Origin: Escherichia coli | GTDB lineage: Bacteria; Pseudomonadota; Gammaproteobacteria; Enterobacterales; Enterobacteriaceae | Direction: 5' to 3' (one strand) | Assembly: GCF_024700885.2 (NCBI RefSeq) | Contig: NZ_CP117016.1 | DNA: 64,000 nucleotides | Shown: positions 1 through 13,289 of the stretch, one piece after another | How positions within the stretch are numbered: the first letter of the stretch is position 1 | Layout of the letters: the number at the start of each line of letters is the position of its first letter | The notes under the pieces: model-generated | The model's database searches: none | Told to the model about the DNA's origin: nothing | The model's input: the letters and a program-made list of their open reading frames with translations, nothing else | Position numbers and translations under genes: made by a program

Positions 1-640
1 TCGCGATCACGCCAAAGCGATGATTGACCTGTCCGTGACGGCGGGCAACGTGCTGGCTCCGCCGAAACGCTGGCAGGGTACGTTACGTGACGGCGTTTCC
101 TGGCTGTTGAATTATCTGCCGCCAGTAAAACGCTACTTCCTCGAAATGCGCTTCAAGCCGATGCCGCAATATTACGGCGGTGCGCTGGTGCGTGAGGGCG
201 AAGCGAAGCACTCTCCGGTCGGCAAGATGTTTATTCAGCCGAAAGTCACGCTGGAAAACGGCGACGTGACGCTGCTCGATAACGCGATCGGCGCGAACTT
301 CGCGGTAATTGGCTGGGGATGCAATCCACTGTGGGGGATGAGCGACGAGCAAATCCAGCAGTGGCGCGCGTTGGGCACACGCTTCATTCAGGTGGTGCCG
401 GAAGTGCAAATTCATACCGCACAGGATAACCACGACGGCGTACTACGCGTGGGCGATACGCAAGGTCGCCTGCGTAGCTGGTTCGCACAACACAATGCTT
501 CGCTGGTGGTGATGCGCCCGGATCGCTTTGTTGCCGCCACCGCCATTCCGCAAACTCTGGGTAATACGCTGAATAAACTGGCGTCGGTAATGACGCTGAC
601 CCGCCCTGATGCCGACGTTTCTGTCGAAAAGGTAGCCTGA
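1..640 (+). CDS. mhpA: 3-(3-hydroxyphenyl)propionate hydroxylase, C-terminal part (5' end lies outside the window)
   Basis: ORF 20..640 runs in from the window edge and is followed 1 nt later by mhpB; call by operon position and recollection of the flavin monooxygenase C-terminus. Confidence 0.8.
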
Positions 641-641
641 T

Positions 642-1586
642 ATGCACGCTTATCTTCACTGTCTTTCCCACTCGCCGCTGGTGGGGTATGTCGACCCGGC
701 ACAAGAGGTACTCGATGAGGTCAATGGCGTGATTGCCAGCGCCCGCGAGCGTATTGCGGCTTTCTCCCCTGAACTGGTGGTGCTGTTTGCGCCAGATCAC
801 TACAACGGCTTTTTCTATGACGTGATGCCACCGTTCTGTTTAGGCGTTGGAGCGACGGCAATTGGTGATTTCGGCAGTGCGGCAGGTGAGCTGCCCGTGC
901 CTGTGGAGCTGGCGGAGGCCTGTGCGCATGCCGTCATGAAGAGCGGAATCGATCTTGCCGTTTCTTACTGTATGCAGGTGGACCACGGGTTCGCCCAGCC
1001 GCTGGAGTTCCTGCTCGGCGGGCTGGATAAGGTGCCAGTTCTGCCTGTGTTCATCAACGGTGTCGCCACGCCGCTGCCCGGTTTCCAGCGTACCCGCATG
1101 TTGGGTGAAGCCATTGGACGTTTCACCAGCACTCTCAATAAACGCGTGCTGTTCCTGGGTTCCGGTGGGCTTTCCCATCAGCCGCCGGTGCCCGAACTGG
1201 CGAAAGCCGATGCCCATATGCGCGACCGTCTATTGGGGAGCGGGAAAGATTTACCCGCCAGTGAGCGCGAATTGCGTCAGCAACGGGTGATTAGCGCCGC
1301 TGAGAAGTTTGTTGAGGATCAGAGAACGCTGCATCCGCTCAACCCGATTTGGGATAACCAGTTCATGACTTTGCTGGAGCAGGGACGCATACAGGAACTG
1401 GATGCCGTCAGTAACGAAGAGCTTTCTGCTATTGCCGGAAAGTCGACACATGAAATCAAAACCTGGGTCGCCGCTTTTGCCGCTATTTCTGCGTTTGGCA
1501 ACTGGCGTAGCGAAGGGCGTTATTACCGCCCAATCCCGGAGTGGATTGCCGGATTTGGCTCGTTAAGCGCCAGAACAGAGAACTGA
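642..1586 (+). CDS. mhpB: 2,3-dihydroxyphenylpropionate 1,2-dioxygenase (extradiol dioxygenase)
   Basis: 314-aa ORF in the expected mhp operon position. Confidence 0.9.
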
Positions 1587-1603
1587 ATATGCAGGAGAAG
1601 ATG

Positions 1604-2470
1604 ATGAGTTATCAGCCACAAACCGAAGCCGCCACCAGCCGTTTTCTGAATGTAGAAGAAGCGGGTAAAACGCTGCGCATCCATTTTAATGACTGCGGAC
1701 AAGGCGACGAAACCGTTGTCCTGCTGCACGGTTCCGGCCCGGGTGCTACTGGCTGGGCGAACTTCAGCCGCAATATCGATCCGCTGGTAGAGGCGGGCTA
1801 TCGGGTGATCCTGCTGGATTGCCTGGGTTGGGGTAAGAGCGATTCGATCGTTAATAGTGGTTCGCGATCGGATCTTAATGCGCGAATCCTGAAAAGCGTG
1901 GTGGATCAACTGGATATCGCCAAAATCCACCTGCTGGGCAACTCGATGGGCGGCCACAGTTCTGTGGCGTTCACCCTTAACTGGCCGGAGCGCGTCGGCA
2001 AACTGGTGCTGATGGGCGGCGGTACGGGCGGTATGAGTTTGTTTACGCCGATGCCAACCGAAGGTATTAAGCGACTGAATCAGCTTTATCGTCAGCCGAC
2101 TATCGAAAACCTGAAGCTGATGATGGATATCTTCGTTTTTGATACCAGCGATTTGACCGACGCCCTGTTTGAAGCGCGCCTGAATAATATGCTGTCGCGC
2201 CGCGATCACCTGGAAAACTTCGTTAAGAGCCTGGAAGCCAATCCGAAACAGTTCCCGGATTTTGGCCCACGTCTGGCGGAAATCAAAGCGCAAACCCTGA
2301 TTGTCTGGGGGCGCAACGACCGCTTTGTGCCGATGGATGCGGGTCTGCGTCTGCTGTCCGGCATTGCCGGTTCTGAACTGCATATCTTCCGCGACTGTGG
2401 TCACTGGGCGCAGTGGGAACATGCCGACGCTTTCAATCAACTGGTGCTGAATTTCCTCGCACGCCCTTAA
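1604..2470 (+). CDS. mhpC: 2-hydroxy-6-ketonona-2,4-dienedioate hydrolase (alpha/beta hydrolase)
   Basis: ORF 1541..2470 trimmed to the internal MSYQPQ start (288 aa); GNSMGG nucleophile-elbow motif; longer ORF would overlap mhpB. Confidence 0.88.
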   Translation: MSYQPQTEAATSRFLNVEEAGKTLRIHFNDCGQGDETVVLLHGSGPGATGWANFSRNIDPLVEAGYRVILLDCLGWGKSDSIVNSGSRSDLNARILKSVVDQLDIAKIHLLGNSMGGHSSVAFTLNWPERVGKLVLMGGGTGGMSLFTPMPTEGIKRLNQLYRQPTIENLKLMMDIFVFDTSDLTDALFEARLNNMLSRRDHLENFVKSLEANPKQFPDFGPRLAEIKAQTLIVWGRNDRFVPMDAGLRLLSGIAGSELHIFRDCGHWAQWEHADAFNQLVLNFLARP

Positions 2471-4232
<1,762 letters not shown>

Positions 4233-4236
<4 letters not shown>

Positions 4237-5246
4237 ACGGTAAAAAACTTTATATTTCGGACGTCACGTTGCGTGACGGTATGCACGCCATTCGTCATCA
4301 GTATTCGCTGGAAAATGTCCGCCAGATTGCCAAAGCACTGGATGATGCCCGTGTGGATTCGATTGAAGTGGCCCACGGCGACGGTTTGCAAGGTTCCAGC
4401 TTTAACTATGGTTTCGGCGCACATAGCGACCTTGAATGGATTGAAGCGGCGGCGGATGTGGTGAAGCACGCCAAAATCGCGACGTTGTTGCTGCCAGGAA
4501 TCGGCACTATTCACGATTTGAAAAATGCCTGGCAGGCTGGCGCGCGGGTGGTTCGTGTGGCAACGCACTGTACCGAAGCCGATGTTTCCGCCCAGCATAT
4601 TCAGTATGCCCGCGAGCTCGGAATGGACACCGTTGGTTTTCTGATGATGAGCCATATGACCACGCCGGAGAATCTCGCAAAGCAGGCAAAGCTGATGGAA
4701 GGCTACGGTGCGACCTGTATTTATGTGGTGGATTCTGGCGGTGCGATGAACATGAGCGATATCCGTGACCGTTTCCGCGCCCTGAAAGCAGAGCTGAAAC
4801 CAGAAACGCAAACCGGCATGCACGCTCACCATAACCTGAGTCTTGGCGTGGCGAACTCTATCGCGGCGGTGGAAGAGGGCTGCGACCGAATCGACGCCAG
4901 CCTCGCGGGAATGGGCGCGGGCGCAGGTAACGCGCCGCTGGAAGTGTTTATTGCCGCCGCGGATAAACTGGGTTGGCAGCATGGGACCGATCTCTATGCG
5001 TTAATGGATGCCGCTGACGACCTGGTGCGTCCGTTGCAGGATCGTCCGGTACGAGTCGATCGCGAAACGCTGGCGCTGGGATACGCCGGTGTTTACTCGA
5101 GCTTCCTGCGTCACTGTGAAACGGCGGCGGCGCGTTATGGCTTAAGCGCGGTGGATATTCTCGTTGAGTTGGGCAAACGCCGGATGGTTGGCGGCCAGGA
5201 GGATATGATCGTCGACGTGGCGCTGGATCTGCGCAACAACAAATAA
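4233..5246 (+). CDS. mhpE: 4-hydroxy-2-oxovalerate aldolase
   Basis: 337-aa ORF; 4-nt overlap with mhpF. Confidence 0.9.
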
Positions 5247-5289
5247 TGATGACTGCCGAGAACGTGCATTTTGTATGCCCATCCCAGCA

Positions 5290-5340
5290 CGACTGCCGGA
5301 TGCGGCGTAAACGCCTTGTTCGGCCTACATTTTCTTCGCC
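5290..5340. repeat. REP (repetitive extragenic palindrome) element between mhpE and mhpT
   Basis: gccggatgcggcgtaaacgccttgttcggcctaca matches the classic E. coli REP consensus. Confidence 0.7.
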
Positions 5341-5425
5341 TGTAGGCAGTCATTAAATGGTTCTGATTACGCGGCTGGCAATGTATCAGCCGCGATTCAC
5401 CTGCACTCGCAACGAGGTTCATCTT

Positions 5426-6637
5426 ATGTCGACTCGTATCCCTTCATCATCTTCATCCCGCCTGATGCTGACCATCGGGCTTTGTTTTTTGGTCGCTCTG
5501 ATGGAAGGACTCGATCTTCAGGCGGCTGGCATTGCGGCGGGTGGCATCGCCCAGGCTTTCGCACTCGATAAAATGCAAATGGGCTGGATATTCAGCGCCG
5601 GAATACTCGGTTTGCTACCCGGCGCGTTGGTTGGCGGAATGCTGGCGGACCGTTATGGTCGCAAGCGCATTTTGATTGGCTCAGTTGCGCTGTTTGGTTT
5701 GTTCTCATTGGCAACGGCGATTGCCTGGGATTTCCCCTCACTGGTCTTTGCGCGACTGATGACCGGTGTCGGGCTGGGGGCGGCGTTGCCGAATCTGATC
5801 GCCCTGACGTCTGAAGCCGCGGGGCCACGTTTTCGTGGGACGGCAGTGAGCCTGATGTATTGCGGTGTCCCCATTGGCGCGGCGCTGGCGGCGACACTGG
5901 GTTTCGCGGGGGCAAACTTAGCATGGCAAACGGTGTTTTGGGTAGGTGGTGTGGTGCCGTTGATTCTGGTGCCGCTATTAATGCGCTGGCTGCCAGAGTC
6001 GGCGGTTTTCGCTGGCGAAAAACAGGCCGCGCCTCCACTGCGTGCGTTATTTGCGCCAGAAACGGCAACCGCGACGCTGCTGCTGTGGTTGTGTTATTTC
6101 TTCACTCTGCTGGTGGTCTACATGTTGATCAACTGGCTACCGCTGCTTTTGGTGGAGCAAGGATTCCAGCCATCGCAGGCGGCAGGGGTGATGTTTGCAC
6201 TGCAAATGGGTGCGGCAAGCGGGACGTTAATGTTGGGCGCATTGATGGATAAGCTGCGTCCAGTAACCATGTCGCTACTGATTTATAGCGGCATGTTAGC
6301 TTCGCTGCTGGCGCTGGGAACGGTGTCGTCATTTAACGGTATGTTGCTGGCGGGATTCGTCGCGGGGTTGTTTGCGACAGGTGGGCAAAGCGTTTTGTAT
6401 GCCCTGGCACCGTTGTTTTACAGTTCGCAGATCCGCGCAACAGGTGTGGGAACAGCCGTGGCGGTAGGGCGTCTGGGGGCTATGAGCGGTCCGTTACTGG
6501 CCGGGAAAATGCTGGCATTAGGCACTGGCACGGTTGGCGTAATGGCCGCTTCTGCGCCGGGTATTCTTGTTGCCGGCCTGGCAGTGTTTATTTTGATGAG
6601 CCGGAGATCACGAATGCAGCCGTGCGCCGATGCCTGA
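5426..6637 (+). CDS. mhpT: MFS transporter for 3-hydroxyphenylpropionate
   Basis: ORF 5357..6637 trimmed to the MSTRIPSS start (403 aa); strongly hydrophobic multi-pass membrane protein. Confidence 0.85.
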   Translation: MSTRIPSSSSSRLMLTIGLCFLVALMEGLDLQAAGIAAGGIAQAFALDKMQMGWIFSAGILGLLPGALVGGMLADRYGRKRILIGSVALFGLFSLATAIAWDFPSLVFARLMTGVGLGAALPNLIALTSEAAGPRFRGTAVSLMYCGVPIGAALAATLGFAGANLAWQTVFWVGGVVPLILVPLLMRWLPESAVFAGEKQAAPPLRALFAPETATATLLLWLCYFFTLLVVYMLINWLPLLLVEQGFQPSQAAGVMFALQMGAASGTLMLGALMDKLRPVTMSLLIYSGMLASLLALGTVSSFNGMLLAGFVAGLFATGGQSVLYALAPLFYSSQIRATGVGTAVAVGRLGAMSGPLLAGKMLALGTGTVGVMAASAPGILVAGLAVFILMSRRSRMQPCADA

Positions 6638-6738
6638 CGCGCCTTATTAAGTAGGGGCGAAAGGGACTTGCCCCCAATACACCTACGGCGTTTACAGGTA
6701 TACTCGCTAAAAATTATTCAGCGGGTTTGGAAACAAAG

Positions 6739-7278
6739 ATGGCAAAACTTACCTTACAAGAGCAGTTGCTCAAAGCAGGATTAGTCACCAGCAAAAAAGC
6801 GGCGAAGGTCGAGAGAACGGCGAAAAAATCGCGCGTTCAGGCGCGTGAAGCTCGGGCGGCGGTAGAAGAAAATAAAAAGGCACAGCTTGAGCGTGATAAA
6901 CAGCTTAGCGAGCAACAAAAACAAGCGGCGTTGGCGAAAGAATATAAAGCTCAGGTGAAGCAGCTCATTGAAATGAACCGAATCACCATTGCCAATGGCG
7001 ATATTGGTTTTAACTTCACTGACGGCAATCTGATTAAGAAGATTTTTGTCGATAAGCTCACACAGGCGCAGTTGATTAATGGTCGTCTGGCGATTGCCCG
7101 CTTGTTGCTCGATAACAATAGCGAAGGTGAATACGCCATTATTCCCGCCAGCGTTGCCGATAAAATTGCTCAGCGTGATGCCAGCAGTATTGTGTTGCAC
7201 AGCGCGCTCAGCGCCGAAGAGCAGGATGAAGACGATCCGTATGCCGACTTCAAAGTGCCTGATGATTTGATGTGGTAA
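6739..7278 (+). CDS. yaiL: DUF2058-type uncharacterised protein
   Basis: ORF 6727..7278 trimmed to the MAKLTLQEQ start (179 aa); charged Lys/Glu/Ala-rich N-terminal region. Confidence 0.75.
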   Translation: MAKLTLQEQLLKAGLVTSKKAAKVERTAKKSRVQAREARAAVEENKKAQLERDKQLSEQQKQAALAKEYKAQVKQLIEMNRITIANGDIGFNFTDGNLIKKIFVDKLTQAQLINGRLAIARLLLDNNSEGEYAIIPASVADKIAQRDASSIVLHSALSAEEQDEDDPYADFKVPDDLMW

Positions 7279-7284
7279 ACATAG

Positions 7285-7400
7285 ATAAGTCGTGCGCAGA
7301 TGCCTGATGCGACGCTGCCGCGTCTTATCATGCCTACAAATTCCCGCGCCATCCGGAGGCCGGATAAGGCGTTCACGCCGCATCCGGCAATCGTGCACTA
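7285..7400. repeat. Pair of REP elements (BIME-like) between yaiL and frmB
   Basis: gatgcctgatgcgacgctgccgcgtcttatcatgcctaca followed by the inverted copy ggccggataaggcgttcacgccgcatccggca. Confidence 0.75.
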
Positions 7401-7403
7401 TTA

Positions 7404-8237
7404 TTAACGCATATTCAGTTTATTGGCGTGGTAGGCAATATGCTCGCCAATAAAACTGGAGACAAAATAATAGCTGTGGTCGTAACCCTCGTGATAACGG
7501 ATTAACGTCTTGATATTCATCGCCTGGCAGATCTTTTCAAGATTTGGAGTCCGCAGCTGTTCTGCGTAAAAATCATCACTCAACCCCTGATCAACCATGA
7601 TTTCCGCAACGCGTTGACCTTGTGAAATAAGACTCACCGGGTCGTAATCCAACCAGGCTTCTTTATTTTCACCAAGATATGCGGTAAAGGCTTGCTGTCC
7701 CCACGGTACTTGCGATGGGGAGACAATGGGCGAAAACGCTGAGACGCTGACATATTCATCTGGGTTACGTAACGCCAGCACCAGCGCGCCCAGCCCGCCC
7801 ATAGAATGACCTGAGATAGACTTTCTGGCCGTTGCCGGAAAATGTTGCATCACTAAATCCGGCAGCTCGTTGCGGATATAGTCATACATTTTGTAATGTT
7901 CATTCCACGGCGCTTGCGTTGCGTTCAGGTAAAACCCGGCACCTTGCCCGAGATCGTAACGGTCAGCATCTGCGACATGACTGCCTCGCGGACTGGTGTC
8001 TGGCGCAACAACAATAATGTTGTGCTCCGCCGCGTAACGCTGCATCCCCGATTTAGTAATGAAATTCTGCTCGTTGCAAGTCAGCCCTGAAAGCCAGTAC
8101 AACACCGGCAATTTTTCACTTGCGGCTTTTGGTGGGAGATAGACGCCGACATTCATTTCACATTTCAGTGATTGGGAATAATGCCGATACACATTTTGCC
8201 AGCCGCCAAAGCTGGCATGTTTTTCAATGAGTTCCAT
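7404..8237 (-). CDS. frmB: S-formylglutathione hydrolase (esterase D family)
   Basis: 277-aa ORF with GHSMGG serine-hydrolase motif; follows frmA. Confidence 0.9.
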   Translation of the reverse strand: MELIEKHASFGGWQNVYRHYSQSLKCEMNVGVYLPPKAASEKLPVLYWLSGLTCNEQNFITKSGMQRYAAEHNIIVVAPDTSPRGSHVADADRYDLGQGAGFYLNATQAPWNEHYKMYDYIRNELPDLVMQHFPATARKSISGHSMGGLGALVLALRNPDEYVSVSAFSPIVSPSQVPWGQQAFTAYLGENKEAWLDYDPVSLISQGQRVAEIMVDQGLSDDFYAEQLRTPNLEKICQAMNIKTLIRYHEGYDHSYYFVSSFIGEHIAYHANKLNMR

Positions 8238-8329
8238 CAGTCATTATCTCACGGTTAATCCCCCGGACGGCTGCCCGGGGAGAGTATTAAGAACCCCGTC
8301 TGAACTGGACGGGGTAAACCTGCGGGCAA

Positions 8330-9469
<1,140 letters not shown>

Positions 9470-9473
9470 TCAG

Positions 9474-9749
9474 CTATTTAAGATAGGCACGAACCAGTTC
9501 AATAGTGTCGTCAACGGATTGGCTGACTTCGCGGCTGTAGCAGTCATTTCGGTCAAACGTTTCCCGGATATGGCTTTCAAGCACTTCTGCCATCAGCCCG
9601 TTAGCCGCGCCCCGAACGGCAGCGATCTGTTGGAGTATGGCACGGCATTCGGCATCACCCTCCAGCGACCGTTCCAGAGCATCAATCTGCCCCCGAATAC
9701 GACGAACTCGAGTAAGGACCTTTTTCTTCTCTTCCGGAGTACTGGGCAT
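9474..9749 (-). CDS. frmR: formaldehyde-responsive repressor (CsoR/RcnR family)
   Basis: ORF 9474..9770 trimmed to [10 protein letters not shown] (91 aa); first gene of frmRAB. Confidence 0.85.
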
Positions 9750-9775
9750 TTCGCACCTCATCATCTGCACGCAAT

Positions 9776-9832
9776 ATACTATAGGGGGGTATGCTATATG
9801 TCAATGCATACCCCCCTATAGTATATAACACT
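9776..9832 (-). promoter_or_regulatory. frmRAB promoter/operator: near-perfect palindrome with G/C tracts
   Basis: atactatagggggg...cccccctatagtat inverted repeat immediately upstream of frmR; the G/C-tract-between-AT-arms architecture is typical of CsoR/RcnR-family operators. Confidence 0.6.
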
Positions 9833-9933
9833 GGAGAATAAAATTTATCCGGTGAATGTAGTCGGATAACAAAAAGTAAAGAGGGGCCTAATCGACAGGG
9901 AAGGCCGCCCCGGATAGCGGGCGGCAGAAGGAA

Positions 9934-10707
9934 TCAGAATTTCCAGGTCAGATGGGCTGCAAGTTGCAGACCGTTATAATCATCGGTTGGGGTGTCGTAC
10001 CACACTTTACCTGCCGTCAGCCCGAGATTAAGTTGCTCAGTCAGCGGTTGAATACGTTGCAAACTGACGCTCTTCATGCTGCCGTAGCGTGTTTCTGGCG
10101 TCCAGTCATAGGTGTAAGCACCTGTTCCGCGGCTTAGCCATAGTTGCGTATAACCAGTGCCGCGCGGGTCATTCAGACGCACGGAAATCATATTGCTGTA
10201 ACTACCACCTGCATCGCTGGAGTCATAATGGGTATAGCGGTAGCTGGAGATCACCGGGCCAGTATAGAGTGATACGCCGCCTTGCCAGGCATCGACTTCG
10301 ACATCATCGTAATATTTAGTGTAGCGATAACCGGTCGTGAAAAGCGTTTTTGGCAACAGTGCCAGGTTAATATCCTGACGAAAATCCTGGCGGGCAAAGA
10401 CCGGCGTATTATCCGCAAAGGCAATACCCGTTCGGGTTGTCAGCCAGTTATTCCATTTATACCAGACCGCACCCTGACCGCGAGTGGCATTGAAATGTTC
10501 AGTTTCATAATCACGACGCCCCTGGGAAAGATTAAAAAGCAGCGTTGCGTTTTCAACTTTCGCCACCAGTTCAGCATACGCTAAATTACGGTTGCCATGA
10601 TCACCAGAATAATCGGTAAAATCGTAGCCCGCGGTAATGGAAGTTAACCCGGCATAAGCGGGCAATGTGCTAAAAATTGCTGCCGCTAATAACGTCCGTT
10701 TTATCAT
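9934..10707 (-). CDS. yaiO: outer-membrane beta-barrel protein
   Basis: 257-aa ORF with N-terminal signal peptide (MIKRTLLAAAIFSTLPAYA), alternating aromatic beta-strand pattern and C-terminal ...WKF. Confidence 0.8.
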   Translation of the reverse strand: MIKRTLLAAAIFSTLPAYAGLTSITAGYDFTDYSGDHGNRNLAYAELVAKVENATLLFNLSQGRRDYETEHFNATRGQGAVWYKWNNWLTTRTGIAFADNTPVFARQDFRQDINLALLPKTLFTTGYRYTKYYDDVEVDAWQGGVSLYTGPVISSYRYTHYDSSDAGGSYSNMISVRLNDPRGTGYTQLWLSRGTGAYTYDWTPETRYGSMKSVSLQRIQPLTEQLNLGLTAGKVWYDTPTDDYNGLQLAAHLTWKF

Positions 10708-10708
10708 T

Positions 10709-11419
10709 TTAATCTCCTGTACGGATAAGTTCTTGTCGGAGTGAATAAGTTCCGGGAGGTAAATTACGTTCTACAATCACGCGCGGGCCAAGTTGCGTGT
10801 TCGGGGAAATAATTCGCCCAGGCAAAATAATAACTTGTACGCCAAGGCGTGAACGCTGCCCGATATAACAACCTAATTTATCGCATTCGGTAGCGATAAT
10901 TCCCTCTGGAGTTCGAACAGACACGGGCTGTTGATCCAGACGATGATTACTGGTACGTACTTGTGCGCCCAAATATGCCTGGTTTGCAACTACCGAGTCG
11001 GCGATAAAGCATTGCGGACCAATCGTTGCTTCCGCTTCAATAACCGCATTTTTAATTTCGGTGGCAAAACCAATTTTTACGCCATTGCTGATTATTGTGC
11101 CAGGACGAATAAACGCATAATTACCTATCAGGCAGTTTGCGCCAATCACTACCGGACCCTGAATAACGGCACCGTGACAAATACGGGTATTCGCGCCGAT
11201 AACAACTTCACCTGCAGTTTCATCAATAATTACCTGGTCTGCAATCTGAATATTTTTCTCTTTAACATTAAGCTTCAGAAAGTTTTTCAGTTCCTGTGAC
11301 AGAAGATTGGGAATAAGCGGTTGACGCTTCCACCAGTGCGGAATAGCGGGTGGGTTTGTCGCGCTGAGGTTCGCGTCCAGTAAAAAAGGCAATAAGTCCA
11401 TAAATAATCCAGATGGCAT
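10709..11419 (-). CDS. yaiX: hexapeptide-repeat (left-handed beta-helix) acyl/acetyltransferase; true start probably downstream of 11419
   Basis: Repeated [LIV]-G-x-x-x-x-I hexapeptide pattern; the maximal ORF overlaps the yaiP 3' end by about 150 nt, so a shorter start is likely; uninterrupted here. Confidence 0.65.
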   Translation of the reverse strand: MPSGLFMDLLPFLLDANLSATNPPAIPHWWKRQPLIPNLLSQELKNFLKLNVKEKNIQIADQVIIDETAGEVVIGANTRICHGAVIQGPVVIGANCLIGNYAFIRPGTIISNGVKIGFATEIKNAVIEAEATIGPQCFIADSVVANQAYLGAQVRTSNHRLDQQPVSVRTPEGIIATECDKLGCYIGQRSRLGVQVIILPGRIISPNTQLGPRVIVERNLPPGTYSLRQELIRTGD

Positions 11420-12464
11420 AAGCTAATAATACATACACAACGGAAAGCGGTGCTAAAGGCACCAACAACCAGCAACGATGAAACCAGGCGCTAAAAGCAC
11501 CAATAACACAAACTACGCCGACCCAGATAAGCGGAAACATTGCCAACACCACACCATGCGGCCCGGTGGTAATGAATTCATTAAACCAGGTAGTGAGATA
11601 AATCCCAACGCCATAAAGCACAACCAACAGCATAGGAAATATACTGAAGATACCGAAGCGGCTAAATAAAAGCCTTTTATGCAGGCGCATACAGACCGCG
11701 TAGCCCACAATCCAACGCCGCCAGCGACGCCACTCCTCACGCGGGCTGTTGCATTCCTGTGGGTATACGATGCAGCGATTCGCCTGCCGAATACGATAGC
11801 CGTTTGCCACCAATGTCCAGGTGAGATCAAGGTCTTCGACTTTAGTACGATCGGAGAAACCGAACTTACGCAATACATCAGTACGGAACATCCCGCAGGC
11901 ACCGCTGATAATAAACGGTGCGTCGCCCAGGAGCTGCTGTAGCGTGCGCTTCATAACAATCATCGGCAACTTTACGGTCGCGCGGATGTGCGGTAACAGA
12001 CCCGCGCCTTTCAACGCAGTAGAGGGAATGCCGCCTACGGCATCAGCACCGCGCTCTATTTCTGCCAGCATATAGCCCATTCCGTCTTGATCGGGCGGAA
12101 CATAGGTGTCGGCATCACTTAAAAAAACCTGGTCGCAGGTGGCGTAATTGAGGCCATTCATCAGCGCACCACCTTTACCGGTATTTTTTTGCGTGACGGC
12201 AATAAAGCGGTCGCCCCATTTGCGTTTGACTTCCGCCATGACCGCTTCGGTATTGTCCGTGGAGCCGTCGTTAACGCAAATTACCCGGCAAAAATAAGGG
12301 TTACGCAGTAGATTATCCAGTGACTGTGCCAGACACGGGCCTTCGTTATACGCAGGTATAATGGCGTCAATACAACCTTTTTTTTGGCTGGGCTTACGCC
12401 TTAACGTACTCAGGAACCATAGCAATATTGCTACGGCCATACATATAAATATCCAGGTTTTCAT
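11268..12464 (-). CDS. yaiP: family-2 glycosyltransferase with C-terminal membrane domain
   Basis: 398-aa ORF; N-terminal TM segment, GT-A fold signature (PAYNEG ... DAD) and multiple C-terminal TM helices. Confidence 0.85.
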   Translation of the reverse strand: MKTWIFICMAVAILLWFLSTLRRKPSQKKGCIDAIIPAYNEGPCLAQSLDNLLRNPYFCRVICVNDGSTDNTEAVMAEVKRKWGDRFIAVTQKNTGKGGALMNGLNYATCDQVFLSDADTYVPPDQDGMGYMLAEIERGADAVGGIPSTALKGAGLLPHIRATVKLPMIVMKRTLQQLLGDAPFIISGACGMFRTDVLRKFGFSDRTKVEDLDLTWTLVANGYRIRQANRCIVYPQECNSPREEWRRWRRWIVGYAVCMRLHKRLLFSRFGIFSIFPMLLVVLYGVGIYLTTWFNEFITTGPHGVVLAMFPLIWVGVVCVIGAFSAWFHRCWLLVPLAPLSVVYVLLAYAIWIIYGLIAFFTGREPQRDKPTRYSALVEASTAYSQSSVTGTEKLSEA

Positions 12465-12473
12465 GCAATTTGC

Positions 12474-13145
12474 TCAAAGAATCATTTTATGAATTACAAA
12501 GCCTTCACCCAGATCGCTATTGACCTGTTGCCCGCGAAATTGTGCAACTGCACGCAGGCGATCATGACGCATATAATCGCGTCGTTCCTGGCTTTTATGT
12601 TTTTTTAATGCAGCAAGTTTGGCTGTGAAATATTCTTCTTTAACGGATTCAAAAACCTGAGGCATAAATGAAAGCCAGGTACTCGGGGTTTCGTAGCCGA
12701 GAATTTGTGGAATAGTGCGGCAGGCAACCATTGAAGCTTGATAAACAGCGAGATGATCCTGATGGCGGTCGGCATCATGCATGGTATATACCCGCATGAT
12801 TTCAACATCAGAAGGAATTTGATTTTTAATGATATCTTCCAGGGCGGAAATCATATCATTGAGCTGTAAATGCGCGCGGGTGTCAGCAAAATTAAGATGA
12901 ATAGTTTGGTGGCACCCTAATATCTTTAGGGCGTTGCGCGATTCTTCATGGCGATCGATTATTCCATCTGTGCCAGAGTTGCCGGTAGTCATCACCACGG
13001 CTGCGATATAAATTCCTTTTTGCGCAAGACGAGCAAGCGACGCGCCACAGCCCAATTCTATATCGTCAGGATGTGCGCCAATAGCAAGGATACCCTTTCT
13101 TTTATTTGCCGAAGAAAGGATGGCTGAATCTAAAACCTTATCCAC
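12474..13145 (-). CDS. yaiS: LmbE/PIG-L family N-acetylglucosaminyl deacetylase-like protein
   Basis: 223-aa ORF with N-terminal AHPDDIELG motif characteristic of PIG-L/LmbE zinc deacetylases; exact start uncertain. Confidence 0.78.
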   Translation of the reverse strand: MDKVLDSAILSSANKRKGILAIGAHPDDIELGCGASLARLAQKGIYIAAVVMTTGNSGTDGIIDRHEESRNALKILGCHQTIHLNFADTRAHLQLNDMISALEDIIKNQIPSDVEIMRVYTMHDADRHQDHLAVYQASMVACRTIPQILGYETPSTWLSFMPQVFESVKEEYFTAKLAALKKHKSQERRDYMRHDRLRAVAQFRGQQVNSDLGEGFVIHKMIL

Positions 13146-13289
13146 TTAATGACACTCCATTTTATTTATTATACTACAAGCACAACGATGCCCGCAGAGA
13201 CGTAATCTCTGGCACAGACAGATGCTAATTTTTAAGTGTTAAAAATTACTGATAGCTGAAAAATAAGGGGCTTTCAGGTACGGGGATAC

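Noticed and set aside
6781-7398. 205-aa minus-strand ORF across yaiL and the REP region
   Set aside because: Antisense to yaiL and runs through REP elements; Arg-rich shadow frame
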